Counted from the stretch's first letter, positions 1 through 10,060 are shown. The stretch is DNA of 35,405 nucleotides from Patescibacteria group bacterium (GCA_038061835.1 JBBTYJ010000017.1:12442-47846), one strand, 5' to 3'. Notes: generated by a model from the letters alone, not told the origin. Program-made: numbers and translations.

Positions 1-361
1 CGAACATAAAGATAGTTGACTCGGCCGGCAATGTCGGAAGCCATAGCTCCATTGCTGTTTCTGGATCGAACGTGTACATAAGCTATCGCGACTCTACCAG
101 AACAAATCTTAAGTTCGCCAAATCCACCGATGGCGGCGCCACCTGGTCTCCGGCGAACATAAAGATAGTTGACTCGGCCGGCAATGTCGGAAGCCATAGC
201 TCCATTGCTGTTTCTGGATCGAACGTGTACATAAGCTATCGCGACTCTACCAGAACAAATCTTAAGTTCGCCAAATCCACCGATGGCGGCGCCACCTGGT
301 CTCCGGCGAACATAAAGATAGTTGACTCGGCCGGCAATGTCGGAAGCCATAGCTCCATTGC
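1..361 (+). repeat. Identical 153-bp (51-codon) tandem repeat, about 2.4 copies visible
   Basis: The unit beginning cgaacataaagatag recurs at 1, 154 and 307 with no mismatch seen up to 361. Confidence 0.95.
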
Positions 362-1112
362 CGCTCCCGACGCCAATAATATTTTTATAAGCTATAAAAA
401 TAGCACTAATGGCGACCTTAAGTTTATTAAATCAAATAACGGCGGGGCAACTTGGGTTTTTTACCCAAGCAACGGGCATGAGATAGCGTCCGGCTCTTTT
501 TCAACGCCAAGTTGCGCGTTATTTGATTATGGACTTTCAAACTCTGGCACCTCACATGTTACCAAAACGTCGGGAAATGCCTTTACTCAAAATACTATTA
601 CTAAGACGCTGATTTCTTCCAGCATGACAGAGCCAGTCACGCTGTCTCTCTCTGGCGTGCCGAATGGAACTTCATACTCAATTTCAAACTCAATATGTTC
701 ACCAACATGTAATTCCGTCATCACCTTTACCGTTTCCCCAAGTACTTCCGCAGGTACTTATCTAATTACTGTTACCGGTTCTCCGCTCAACAAACAAACA
801 AGTTTCAATCTGGTCGTATCAGGTAATCCAATGACGGTCACCTGTTCGGCTTTCCCAAGAACGGCGCTTTTAGGGCAAACTGTGACTTGGACCGCTAACG
901 TATCGGGAGGTACTCCGCCCCTCACTTACTCGTGGAGCGGTACTAATTTCCCGACCACTCCCTCTCCCAGCACCAATCCGTTCAGTATCAGTTATAGTAC
1001 TATTGGGCAAAAAACCGCAACGGTAACGGTAACCGACGTGGATTCAGTTACAGCTACTTGTCCGGCTGGTGTGGTTCGGATTAATTTCGACCCAAGTCTC
1101 GAAGAGTTTTAG
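1..1112 (+). CDS. 5'-truncated surface/secreted protein: BNR/Asp-box repeats plus C-terminal Ig/PKD-like domains
   Basis: Repeated Asp-box S-x-D-G-G-x-T-W (STDGGATW, SNNGGATW); Ser/Thr-rich beta-sandwich C-terminus (GGTPPLTYSW); the repeat unit runs off the window edge. Confidence 0.75.
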   Translation, partial: NIKIVDSAGNVGSHSSIAVSGSNVYISYRDSTRTNLKFAKSTDGGATWSPANIKIVDSAGNVGSHSSIAVSGSNVYISYRDSTRTNLKFAKSTDGGATWSPANIKIVDSAGNVGSHSSIAAPDANNIFISYKNSTNGDLKFIKSNNGGATWVFYPSNGHEIASGSFSTPSCALFDYGLSNSGTSHVTKTSGNAFTQNTITKTLISSSMTEPVTLSLSGVPNGTSYSISNSICSPTCNSVITFTVSPSTSAGTYLITVTGSPLNKQTSFNLVVSGNPMTVTCSAFPRTALLGQTVTWTANVSGGTPPLTYSWSGTNFPTTPSPSTNPFSISYSTIGQKTATVTVTDVDSVTATCPAGVVRINFDPSLEEF

Positions 1113-1135
1113 CGCCTATTCACTTAAAGTGAATT

Positions 1136-2890
1136 ATGCATATTAACGACGACAAGCTTGAAGATTTCATGATTGACTCCGGTTTAGTCTCGAAGTCGGA
1201 GATTGAGCTTGCCAAAAGCGAAGTCAAGAAAAAAAATATCACCATCGGCGAAGCGCTTGTAAACCAAGGCGTCTTAACCGAAGACGATTTGCGCAAGACG
1301 CAAGCCTACATTCTTGGAATTCCCTTTGTCGACCTTAAAAACCAAAAACTCGATTTTTCCGTACTTTCTCTTATCCCCGAACCAATCGCCAGAAACCACA
1401 ACATTGTCGCCTTTGGGAAAATTAACGACAGTTTGGAAGTGGCCATGCTTGATACGGAAGATTTAACGGCTATCGATTTTGTCAAGAAAAAAGTTGGACT
1501 CAAGATCTTGCCCCGTCTGACCGACGGAGAATCCATGAAGTGGGCGTTGTTATCTTATCAAAAAACGCTTAAGGCCGAATTTGGAGATATTATTCAAAAA
1601 GAAGCGAGTTCGCTTAAAACCATCAGCGACAGAGTAAGCGGTGAAGACATTACAGAGGATGATCTTAAAAAATTGTCGAAGGATATTCCGGTGGTTCGTA
1701 TTGTTGATACTCTTTTGAAACACGCAATCATTCAAGACGCTTCCGATATCCATATTGAACCGGAAGAAGACAAAGTGCTAGTGCGCTATCGCATAGACGG
1801 TATCTTGCGCGATGCTATGGTTCTGCCGAAAAATACTGCTTCTGGAATTACCGCTCGTATTAAAGTGCTTTCCAGTCTGAAACTCGATGAAAAACGGATT
1901 CCTCAAGACGGTCGTTTCAAAATTGACGCAGGGGGAGAAAAAGTTTCCTTTCGAGTGTCAACTCTGCCGGTCTATTATGGCGAGAAGACGGTCATGCGAC
2001 TTTTACGTGAATCTGTTTCTGGATTCACTTTAGAGAGTCTTGGATTTCACGCTCGAGGTCTTGATGATTTGCACAAGGCGCTGAAAGTTACTACTGGCAT
2101 GATTCTGGCGACTGGCCCGACCGGTTCGGGCAAAACGACGACCCTCTACACCATGCTTGATATTGTCAATACTCCAAACGTCAATATTTCCACGATTGAA
2201 GATCCGGTGGAATATCAAATGACCCGCATCAATCAGACGCAGGTTCGTCCGGAAATCGGACTTACCTTTGCGAACGGTTTGCGCACTCTGGTGCGTCAAG
2301 ATCCGGATATTATTATGGTAGGAGAGATTCGTGATAACGAGACAGCCGCACTTGCCATCAATGCCGCATTAACCGGTCACTTGGTGCTCTCGACGCTTCA
2401 TACTAATTCTGCCGCCGGAGCCATACCAAGACTTTTGGATATGAAAGTGGAGCCATTTTTGCTTGTATCTACCCTCGATATCGTTATTGCTCAGCGTTTG
2501 GTCAGAAGACTTTCTTCCTCGAAGACAAAATATTTTCTAAACAAAGAAGAACTGACTTCTCTCGGCAATATCATATCGCTTGATAGGATGCTGACTCTTC
2601 TCAGAGATGAGAAAATTATTGGGAATAAAGATAGTTTTAACAAGATTCCGTTTTGGAAACCCGCTCCGGGGAAAAATTCCGAAGACGGATATTCAAGTCG
2701 TATCGGCATACACGAAGTGCTTAGAATCACGCCCACTATCAAAAGTCTTATCATGAAAGGAGCGACAGCCGGAGAGATAGAGGAACAGGCCAAATCGGAA
2801 GGAATGATGACCATGATTGAAGATGGCATTTTCAAGGCCGCGCAGGGCATTACCACCATAGAAGAAGTTTTGAGGGTAGTCTCGGAATAA
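1136..2890 (+). CDS. pilB: Type IV pilus assembly ATPase, PilB/GspE family
   Basis: Walker A GPTGSGKTTT, TIEDPVE, RQDPDIIMVGEIRD, GHLVLSTLHTN, ASDIHIEP. Confidence 0.93.
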   Translation: MHINDDKLEDFMIDSGLVSKSEIELAKSEVKKKNITIGEALVNQGVLTEDDLRKTQAYILGIPFVDLKNQKLDFSVLSLIPEPIARNHNIVAFGKINDSLEVAMLDTEDLTAIDFVKKKVGLKILPRLTDGESMKWALLSYQKTLKAEFGDIIQKEASSLKTISDRVSGEDITEDDLKKLSKDIPVVRIVDTLLKHAIIQDASDIHIEPEEDKVLVRYRIDGILRDAMVLPKNTASGITARIKVLSSLKLDEKRIPQDGRFKIDAGGEKVSFRVSTLPVYYGEKTVMRLLRESVSGFTLESLGFHARGLDDLHKALKVTTGMILATGPTGSGKTTTLYTMLDIVNTPNVNISTIEDPVEYQMTRINQTQVRPEIGLTFANGLRTLVRQDPDIIMVGEIRDNETAALAINAALTGHLVLSTLHTNSAAGAIPRLLDMKVEPFLLVSTLDIVIAQRLVRRLSSSKTKYFLNKEELTSLGNIISLDRMLTLLRDEKIIGNKDSFNKIPFWKPAPGKNSEDGYSSRIGIHEVLRITPTIKSLIMKGATAGEIEEQAKSEGMMTMIEDGIFKAAQGITTIEEVLRVVSE

Positions 2891-2891
2891 T

Positions 2892-4103
2892 ATGGCTCTC
2901 TATAAATACAAAGCCAAAAATAAGGAAGGCAAAATATACGAACGCACCATTGAGCTAAAGGATCGTTTGGATATCTACCGCGTTATTCGGGAGGAAGGGG
3001 GTAGTGTAATTTCTATCCAGGAAGCCGGAGGATATTCCGTGTTGACTTTGCTCGATCATATTTTGGGTAGTATCAATATGCATCAAAAAATCATCTTTGC
3101 CAAAAATCTTGGTTTGATGATGAAGGCCGGTCTGCCGGTTACTCGCGCACTTTCCGTAATGGAAAAACAGTCCAAAAGCAAACCGTTTAAAAAGTTACTC
3201 TCTGAACTTGAAGCGGACGTTAGTCACGGTAAAACTCTCTCCGAATCTTTGAAAAGATGGCCTAAAATCTTTTCTCCTCTATTTGTATCCATGATCAAGG
3301 CGGGAGAAGAATCCGGCAATGTTTCAGGTTCGCTCAATATCGTTTCTAATCAAATGGAGAAAACGTATTTATTGACCAAGAAAGTGCGTGGTGCGCTTAT
3401 ATATCCGGCAGTAATTATCTCGGTTATGATTATTATCACGATTTTGCTTCTGATTTTCATGGTACCAACTTTGACCGCAACGTTCGAGGGTCTCGGTGTC
3501 GAATTGCCTTTGTCGACTCGAGTGCTTATTTATCTAAGTAATTTTTTGGTCGAGAATACTCTGGCGGTTTTGACCAGTGTTTTACTGCTCGCGATATTTT
3601 CGGTGATTTTCTTACGGACGAGAATAGGACGCAGTCTTTCTGATGTTGTTTTCATGCATCTTCCCGTTATTGGAGAAATGATCAAGGAGTTTGAATCTGC
3701 TCGAACTACCCGCACTCTCTCTTCGCTACTTTCCAGCGGGGTGGAAATTGTGGTGGCGCTTGATGTTACTATCGATGTTTTACAAAATCATCTGTATAAA
3801 AATGCCTTAACGCGCGCGCGCGTCGCTATCGAGAAGGGAGAACCGATGTCGGCTGTGTTTATCGGACACGATAAACTTTACCCTCTCTTTGTCGGAGAAA
3901 TGGTTGCTGTCGGGGAAGAAACCGGCAAAATTTCGGAGATGCTCATGGGAGTAGCAGATTATTACGAAGAAGAGGTGGATCAAAAAACCAAAGATCTTTC
4001 AACCATTATTGAGCCGATATTAATGGTTATTATTGGTATCGGAGTTGGTATCTTTGCCATCTCAATGCTTGCTCCCACTTATTCTCTGGTGGACTATATA
4101 TGA
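2892..4103 (+). CDS. pilC: Type IV pilus inner-membrane platform protein, PilC/GspF family
   Basis: Two T2SSF-like repeats (MIKAGEESG, MVAVGEETG), ALIYP and IIEP motifs, TM segments; follows pilB. Confidence 0.92.
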   Translation: MALYKYKAKNKEGKIYERTIELKDRLDIYRVIREEGGSVISIQEAGGYSVLTLLDHILGSINMHQKIIFAKNLGLMMKAGLPVTRALSVMEKQSKSKPFKKLLSELEADVSHGKTLSESLKRWPKIFSPLFVSMIKAGEESGNVSGSLNIVSNQMEKTYLLTKKVRGALIYPAVIISVMIIITILLLIFMVPTLTATFEGLGVELPLSTRVLIYLSNFLVENTLAVLTSVLLLAIFSVIFLRTRIGRSLSDVVFMHLPVIGEMIKEFESARTTRTLSSLLSSGVEIVVALDVTIDVLQNHLYKNALTRARVAIEKGEPMSAVFIGHDKLYPLFVGEMVAVGEETGKISEMLMGVADYYEEEVDQKTKDLSTIIEPILMVIIGIGVGIFAISMLAPTYSLVDYI

Positions 4104-4573
4104 GAATGACAACAAGAAAGATGGGAGGGTTTACTATTCTCGAGATTCTACTTGCTTTGCTTCTGATCACACTCGCCGTTTCCATTATCACGGTGTCATT
4201 CTCCAAACTCAACTCTTCCCAAGTTCTTGATAAGAGCACTGACTTAATTATCTCTATTATGGATGAGGCACGATCACTCACTCTTTCTTCAAAAGACGAT
4301 ACCCAATACGGTGTTTATTTGGGGGAATCACAAATAGTTTTATTCAAAGGGAGTATGTATTCTGCACTTGAGCCATCAAACGTGACTACTGATATTAATC
4401 ATCTGGTCGGTATGCGTAATATTGTTTTGTCTGGCGGGGGCGCGAGCGTTGTCTTCAAGCGTTTAACCGGTAATACAGATGAGGCGGGGGTATTTGAGGT
4501 TTTTCTTAGATCTTCTCCGACGACCTTTCGTACTATTACCATAAGAGCTACCGGAGTAGTAGAATCGAACTGA
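4100..4573 (+). CDS. Pilin/pseudopilin (FimT/GspH-like)
   Basis: Class III signal G|FTILEILLAL with Glu5 and a hydrophobic helix. Confidence 0.85.
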   Translation: MRMTTRKMGGFTILEILLALLLITLAVSIITVSFSKLNSSQVLDKSTDLIISIMDEARSLTLSSKDDTQYGVYLGESQIVLFKGSMYSALEPSNVTTDINHLVGMRNIVLSGGGASVVFKRLTGNTDEAGVFEVFLRSSPTTFRTITIRATGVVESN

Positions 4574-4581
4574 AGACTTCT

Positions 4582-5076
4582 ATGCAAATTTCTGCAACAA
4601 AAAATTTAAAATATGGTCTGACATTGGTAGAAGTGATTATGGCTACCTCCATTATTCTGGTTTTTCTTCTGGCACTTTTTGGCACCCATAATCTTTATCT
4701 AAAAACAGCTTTTTCCAACGGCGAAGTTGTCAAAGCGACAGCGTTGGCTGAAGAAGGTTTGGAGGCCGTACGATTTTTGCGGGATTCTTCTTGGAACACC
4801 AATATTGAACCACTGTTCATAAACACGGATTATTATTTGGTTTTTGACGGAGACGGCTGGCAAATAACCACTGCGCATGCGTTTATAGATAATCGTTTTG
4901 AGAGGAAAATAATGTTTTCTTCTGTTTATCGGGATGTATCTGGTGGTATTGTTGCGTCGGGAGGAACACTCGATCCGGATACCAGGATGGTTGTTTCTAG
5001 CGTTTCTTGGCTCCAAGCCAATGCGACTACGACAAAATCTATTTCTACTTATATCGCCAATATTTTTGATAACTAA
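4582..5076 (+). CDS. Minor pilin (PilV-like)
   Basis: G|LTLVEVIMA prepilin motif; ALAEEGLEAVR. Confidence 0.82.
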   Translation: MQISATKNLKYGLTLVEVIMATSIILVFLLALFGTHNLYLKTAFSNGEVVKATALAEEGLEAVRFLRDSSWNTNIEPLFINTDYYLVFDGDGWQITTAHAFIDNRFERKIMFSSVYRDVSGGIVASGGTLDPDTRMVVSSVSWLQANATTTKSISTYIANIFDN

Positions 5077-5077
5077 A

Positions 5078-5587
5078 ATGCCTACTTACACCAAGTTTCA
5101 ACGAGGTTTCTCTTTAGTAGAAATGATTAGTTACATTGCCATCCTAGTACTTATGCTCGGAATTATTACTAATACTATTATTGCTGTGGTGCATTCTGGA
5201 CGCGCTATTAAGTCATTAAAAAATGTTGAAACCTCGGCCATTATCAGTATGGAGCGATTGACGAGAGAATTAAGACAGGCAGAAAGTGTCAACGTTAGCT
5301 CAAGCGTTTTAGATTCCAATCCTGGCCGGCTCATACTGGAGGGAAAAGATGATGCCGGAGCTCCAAGGACCGTGGAATTTTATCTTCTTGATAATCAACT
5401 TTTTTATAAGGAAAATGGGATTGATATTGGTACTCTGTCCCAATCTGACACCCGAGTCACAAATCTAGTTTTCCGTCTCTTTCCTGGTTTGGATTCGATG
5501 GGCGTGAGAACCGAGATGACTATTGAAAGCGGTACAAGTACCCATTACCGCTCGGAAAATTATTATCTTTCAGCACTTATCCGATGA
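5078..5587 (+). CDS. Minor pilin (PilW/GspJ-like)
   Basis: QRG|FSLVEMI prepilin motif; start moved to ATG 5078, just after the upstream stop. Confidence 0.82.
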   Translation: MPTYTKFQRGFSLVEMISYIAILVLMLGIITNTIIAVVHSGRAIKSLKNVETSAIISMERLTRELRQAESVNVSSSVLDSNPGRLILEGKDDAGAPRTVEFYLLDNQLFYKENGIDIGTLSQSDTRVTNLVFRLFPGLDSMGVRTEMTIESGTSTHYRSENYYLSALIR

Positions 5588-6879
5588 TTGACAAACGAAC
5601 ACGATTGGATTCGGGACAAGCGATGATGGTGGCAACCATCCTATTTTTAGCGGTATCGGTTACAATACTTTTTGGTTTGGTTGGTCCCATTATCAAACAG
5701 CAGAGGATAACGTCGCAAATGTTGTTGTCGCGTCAGAGTTATTTCTTGGCTGAAGCCGGTGTAGAAGACGTAGTTTACAGATTAAAAACTGGTAGATCAG
5801 TCATGCCAACAGAGTTTTTGAGCTTGGATGGTCATACTGTGACTGTAACCACCGCCGATACTCTTGAGGGAAAACAGATTGTCTCTGTTGCAGATGTCGA
5901 AAATGCAGTACGTAAGCTGAGAACTGACGTGGCGCTTGGTTCGGGAGTATCATTCCACTTTGGCATACAGGCAGGAACAGGCGGATTAATTATGGAAAAC
6001 ACCTCTTCCATTTCAGGTAATGTGTTCTCAAATGGAGCTGTAAGGGGGTCTGGACCTACAAACAATATTATTCGTGGCGATGTAGTATCTACCGGATCTG
6101 GCGGGCTTGTCGATAACGTGCACGCTACTAGTTCGGTCTACGCGCATACTATTCGTAATGCCGAAATAAATGGCAACACTTATTATCAAACTATCTCCAA
6201 CACGACAGTATTTGGCACGATGTATCCCGGGAGTGTGGATCAGGTGGCAGCCCCCCTTCCGATTCCCGATGAACAGATAGAAGAATGGAAACAGGTGGCT
6301 TTGAGTGGCGGGGTCATTTCATCTCCGTGTCCGTATCAAATTACTAATACTGTTACACTTGGACCCGTCAAAATTAACTGTGATCTGGAAATCAAAGGTA
6401 CCGGATACACGGTAACCCTGGGTGGCAACATCTGGGTAGAGGGAAATATTGAGATTGAAAACTCACCTACGATCAAAGTAGCTTCTAGTATGGGTAGTAA
6501 GGGGGTGGTGGTAATTGCAGATAGACCCTCCGCTCAGACTACAAGCGGTAAAATTTCGCTTGCAAATTCGGTAGTGTTTGAGGGTTCAGGCTCGCCCGGT
6601 TCACATGCTATGTTTATTTCTCAGAATCGGAGCGCTGAATCCGGCGGAGATTTAGTTGCCATAGATGTAAAAAATACCGTATCCGGCGCTCTTTTAGTAT
6701 ATGCGGCACATGGCGAAATACTTTTACAAAACAACATTAATCTTAAGGAAGTGTCGGCTTATAGAATACGGCTTAAGAATACAGCTAAGGTGATCTACGA
6801 AACTGGCATTGTCAATCTCCTTTTTGATTCCGGGCCAAGTGGTGGCTACGAAATTTTAAGCTGGAAAGAAATAGAGTAG
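5584..6879 (+). CDS. PilX-like minor pilin with a large C-terminal beta-rich domain
   Basis: G|QAMM N-terminus lacking Glu5, SYFLAEAGVE motif, last gene of the pilin cluster. Confidence 0.72.
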   Translation: MIDKRTRLDSGQAMMVATILFLAVSVTILFGLVGPIIKQQRITSQMLLSRQSYFLAEAGVEDVVYRLKTGRSVMPTEFLSLDGHTVTVTTADTLEGKQIVSVADVENAVRKLRTDVALGSGVSFHFGIQAGTGGLIMENTSSISGNVFSNGAVRGSGPTNNIIRGDVVSTGSGGLVDNVHATSSVYAHTIRNAEINGNTYYQTISNTTVFGTMYPGSVDQVAAPLPIPDEQIEEWKQVALSGGVISSPCPYQITNTVTLGPVKINCDLEIKGTGYTVTLGGNIWVEGNIEIENSPTIKVASSMGSKGVVVIADRPSAQTTSGKISLANSVVFEGSGSPGSHAMFISQNRSAESGGDLVAIDVKNTVSGALLVYAAHGEILLQNNINLKEVSAYRIRLKNTAKVIYETGIVNLLFDSGPSGGYEILSWKEIE

Positions 6880-6889
6880 AATTGAATTT

Positions 6890-7657
6890 ATGGCAAAATC
6901 CATTCTGGTTGCAAATTGGAAGAATCACCCCGGTTCGCTTGCAGAGACAAAGACACTTCTAGCTCAATTAGCCAGAAGCGCTTCAATTTACAAAAAGCTC
7001 GCTTGTTTCATTGCTCCGCCACTAACTTATTTTGGTGTATGTTCCGAGCGTTCCAGAAATTTTGCTCATCTGGCTTCTCAAGATATTTCCTCTCAACCTG
7101 TCGGAACTTATACCGGACAAATCACTACGGATATTTTAAAAAGTTTTGGAACAAAGCTTGCCATTATCGGCCATAGTGAACAACGGGCGATGGGTGAGAC
7201 GAACGAATCTGTTTCACAGAAGGTTAAAGTAGCTCTTCGCGCCGGCATCATGCCACTCGTTTGTATTGGCGAAACATTTAGAGATCAGGACGGTGAACAT
7301 TTCGAATTCTTGCGCAATGAACTCCAATCATCACTTGCCGGCTTAAATCGGAAGTCTGACATCTCCGGTTTAGTGCTTGCTTACGAGCCGGTCTGGGCCA
7401 TAGGTAAACATGCTCAAGACGCCATAACACCGACAGATCTCTCGCAATCAATAATTTTTCTCAAGAAGATTTTGACGGACATGTTCGGTCGTGCGATAGC
7501 AGAACGAGTTCCTATCCTCTATGGGGGTTCTGTTGAGCCGGATAATGCCGGAGTACTTTTTAAGGAAACGGGGATCAAGGGATTTTTGGTTGGTCACGCC
7601 TCTCTTAACGCTCAAAGTTTCAAAACCATAGCCGTTTCAATTATTTCAAAACAATGA
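6890..7657 (+). CDS. tpiA: Triosephosphate isomerase
   Basis: ANWK, IIGHSE, AYEPVWAIG, ILYGGSV motifs. Confidence 0.96.
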   Translation: MAKSILVANWKNHPGSLAETKTLLAQLARSASIYKKLACFIAPPLTYFGVCSERSRNFAHLASQDISSQPVGTYTGQITTDILKSFGTKLAIIGHSEQRAMGETNESVSQKVKVALRAGIMPLVCIGETFRDQDGEHFEFLRNELQSSLAGLNRKSDISGLVLAYEPVWAIGKHAQDAITPTDLSQSIIFLKKILTDMFGRAIAERVPILYGGSVEPDNAGVLFKETGIKGFLVGHASLNAQSFKTIAVSIISKQ

Positions 7658-8679
7658 AATCGATTCTTGAGGCGGGTAATTTGGGTGGCAAGAAAGTATT
7701 GGTACGAGTGGACTGGAGCGTACCCACTGACAGCGGCAAGGTGATAAATGATTACCAAATAAGAAAATCGCTTCCAACTATAGAGTATTTACAAAAAGCC
7801 GGAGCTCGAATCACTCTTTTGAGTCATGCAGAGAAAAATGAAGACTCCCTATTATCCATATATAAACACGCAAAAGAGTTTCTTCCGCGGCTTACATTTG
7901 TTGAGCCCAGTGATCTGACGCTTCTTGAAAATCTTCGTCAGAATGCAGGTGAAAGAGAAAACTCTACAAAGTTTGCCAAGGAACTTGCCGAGTTGGGAGA
8001 CATTTTTGTCAATGAAGCTTTCCCCGTTTCTCATCGAGAACATGCTTCTATAGTAGGGTTACCTCGGCTTCTGCCGAGTTTTTTCGGTTTGCAGTTTGCT
8101 GACGAAATCAAGGAGTTGTCTCGCGCCTTTTATCCCAAGAGACCCTTTCTTTTTATCTTAGGTGGGGCAAAATTTGATACTAAACTACCACTTTTGGGAA
8201 AGTTCATAAATATTGCCGACGAAATCTTTGTGGGTGGCGCCTTGGCCAACAACTTTCTTAAATTTCAAGGTATGGATGTCGGCAATTCTCTGGTGGATGA
8301 TAGAGACTTCGGATTATCTAAATTGTTGGAAACAAAAAAGATTATTCTACCCGAAGACACCATTGTGGTCGATCGCAAAATTATGGATGCAGGGCCCATT
8401 ACGATGGAACATTTAAAATCAAAAATTGAGGCCGCAAAATTGATCTTATGGAACGGGCCTCTAGGTTTTTATGAGCTTGGTTATAAAACGGCGACTCTGC
8501 AATTGGCGAAGATGATTGTCGAACTCGGGCGCGACTCTATTGTTGGTGGCGGAGACACTTTGGCTGCCATACGGGAATTGGATGTTTGGGACAAGTTTTC
8601 TTTTGTTTCAACGGGCGGAGGAGCAATGCTTGATTTTCTAGCCACGGGCACGCTACCGGGCATCGAAGCTTTAAAATAA
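7654..8679 (+). CDS. pgk: Phosphoglycerate kinase (compact)
   Basis: KKVLVRVD, LLENLR, LGGAK, WNGPLG, GGGDT, STGGGA motifs. Confidence 0.95.
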   Translation: MKSILEAGNLGGKKVLVRVDWSVPTDSGKVINDYQIRKSLPTIEYLQKAGARITLLSHAEKNEDSLLSIYKHAKEFLPRLTFVEPSDLTLLENLRQNAGERENSTKFAKELAELGDIFVNEAFPVSHREHASIVGLPRLLPSFFGLQFADEIKELSRAFYPKRPFLFILGGAKFDTKLPLLGKFINIADEIFVGGALANNFLKFQGMDVGNSLVDDRDFGLSKLLETKKIILPEDTIVVDRKIMDAGPITMEHLKSKIEAAKLILWNGPLGFYELGYKTATLQLAKMIVELGRDSIVGGGDTLAAIRELDVWDKFSFVSTGGGAMLDFLATGTLPGIEALK

Positions 8680-8715
8680 CAGTATAAATGATGTTAGTAT
8701 CAATAAATATACTTG

Positions 8716-8751
8716 TACGTTATAATTATGCTATAGCATTAAAGTAACGTA
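8716..8751. promoter_or_regulatory. 36-bp palindromic site A1 (operator- or recombination-site-like); contains TATAAT and ends on the A of the ATG
   Basis: TACGTTA-TAATT-ATGCTATAGCAT-TAAAG-TAACGTA. Confidence 0.75.
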
Positions 8752-9317
8752 TGGGAAAACTTGAAGAAAAGGGCGGAAAAAGATCGAGACGTAAACATTT
8801 GCAATACGCAATCCTTCAAACAGTCGCTGCTGTGGGAGTATTGAGTATTGGTCTCGTAGCTCCTAATGTATTAGGGGCTCTTATCAAATTAGGTATCATT
8901 CCAAATAAAAGACAAAAGGAATATATAAGTTCTTCCGCAAGCAAATTAACCAAGCGAGGACTGCTCTCTTATGATGGTAGGCAGTACTGTCTGACTCCAG
9001 ACGGAGAGAAGATTTTACGCCGTTGGCAATTTGCTGACTTTAGATTGCAGAAACCGAAGAAGTGGGACAAGAAATGGAGAGTGATCATCTTCGATATTCC
9101 AGAGAAAAAGAAACATATTCGAAATCAAATCACGATGTTCTTTCGACAAGCCGAGTTTCTACGTCTTCAAGATAGTGTTTGGATTTATCCTTATGATTGT
9201 GAAGACATTGTAACATTACTGAAGATTGATTTCAGAATTGGTAAATATCTACTGTATTTAATTGTGGATGAGTTGGAAAATGATAAACATTTACGTGAAG
9301 ATTTCGGCCTGATCTAA
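8751..9317 (+). CDS. wHTH + PaaX/Cas2-like domain protein (paralogue A)
   Basis: wHTH-like SSSASKLTKRGLL...YCLTPDG, then KWDKKWRVIIFDIPE...LQDSVW, typical of the PaaX central/Cas2-like ferredoxin fold. Confidence 0.8.
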   Translation: MGKLEEKGGKRSRRKHLQYAILQTVAAVGVLSIGLVAPNVLGALIKLGIIPNKRQKEYISSSASKLTKRGLLSYDGRQYCLTPDGEKILRRWQFADFRLQKPKKWDKKWRVIIFDIPEKKKHIRNQITMFFRQAEFLRLQDSVWIYPYDCEDIVTLLKIDFRIGKYLLYLIVDELENDKHLREDFGLI

Positions 9318-9343
9318 TCTAATTTTATCTATAATTTATTCGA

Positions 9344-9379
9344 TACGTTAATAAAATGCTATAGCATTAAAGTAACGTA
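9344..9379. repeat. 36-bp palindromic site A2, direct repeat of A1 (32/36)
   Basis: TACGTTA-ATAAA-ATGCTATAGCAT-TAAAG-TAACGTA, 26 nt after the stop. Confidence 0.85.
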
Positions 9380-9428
9380 TACATATAGCAACATTGGCAA
9401 AGACATTGTTCTTGAATTTTTGAAAAAA

Positions 9429-9455
9429 GAAAGGGCCGAGATTGCTCGCCCTTTC
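9429..9455 (-). terminator. Intrinsic terminator for the minus-strand small ORF
   Basis: GAAAGGGC...GCCCTTTC stem; the A-run on its left reads as a U-tract on the minus strand. Confidence 0.6.
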
Positions 9456-9476
9456 AAGTTCGTGGTAGTGTCACAG

Positions 9477-9614
9477 CTAGGTAGTCTTTTTGGTTAGTAC
9501 TATTGCTATTACAGCCGTCAACGCGTAGGAAGACAAGTGTAGGTTAGTATAGTAATCCAAAAGGAGTCCCGCAAAGATACTAATGCTCAACACTCCAAGA
9601 TGTACAGATGGCAT
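9477..9614 (-). CDS. Small hydrophobic protein, 45 aa (not in ORF track)
   Basis: MPSVHLGVLSISIFAGLLLDYYTNLHLSSYALTAVIAIVLTKKTT; SD GGAGG 8 nt upstream of the ATG; downstream terminator. Confidence 0.6.
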   Translation of the reverse strand: MPSVHLGVLSISIFAGLLLDYYTNLHLSSYALTAVIAIVLTKKTT

Positions 9615-9683
9615 ATTTTAGTCCTCCCCCTGATTTCCAACTGCAACATAGCATATCTAATTTAATCTGTCTAGGGGTAGATT

Positions 9684-10058
9684 CTAATTTAATGTAATAG
9701 CCTCTCTGATTTTTTGGGCGTTGTTTTCGAAGTCAGTTTTATTGTCGATTACTTTTGAATTCGGAAATACCCAAATATGCGCGTGTTCCACCTCATCGCC
9801 TATTATTCTTGAAAGTATGAAGTCTGTTCCAAATGCTTTTTGTTGAGCTTTGGCAATTTTTTGAACTACTTCAAAATATTTTCCGGCGTTGGGAGTATCC
9901 CAAACCCATCTGTAGTGTTTTTTTGTAATAATCTGAGTATGCCCCGGAGATTGTGGGTTGATATCCAGAAACGCTAAAAAATTTTCATCCTCGTACACTT
10001 TGTATGATGGAATTTCTCCCTTAACGATTTTACAAAAGATACAGTGAGAATCTTTCAT
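9684..10058 (-). CDS. HIT family nucleotide hydrolase
   Basis: CIFCKIVKGEIP, FLDINP..PGHT, HAHIW (variant histidine triad). Confidence 0.9.
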   Translation of the reverse strand: MKDSHCIFCKIVKGEIPSYKVYEDENFLAFLDINPQSPGHTQIITKKHYRWVWDTPNAGKYFEVVQKIAKAQQKAFGTDFILSRIIGDEVEHAHIWVFPNSKVIDNKTDFENNAQKIREAITLN

Positions 10059-10060
10059 TT

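Noticed and set aside
8716-9379. CRISPR array or CRISPR-Cas locus (36-bp palindromic repeats beside a Cas2-like gene)
   Set aside because: Only two repeats per locus, separated by a whole gene rather than a 30-40 bp spacer, and no cas1 or effector genes.
8680-9683. Gene-tail duplication around cassette A
   Set aside because: No copy of the pgk or HIT 3' end found by eye beyond an 11-bp AT-rich match (tctaatttaat), which could be chance.
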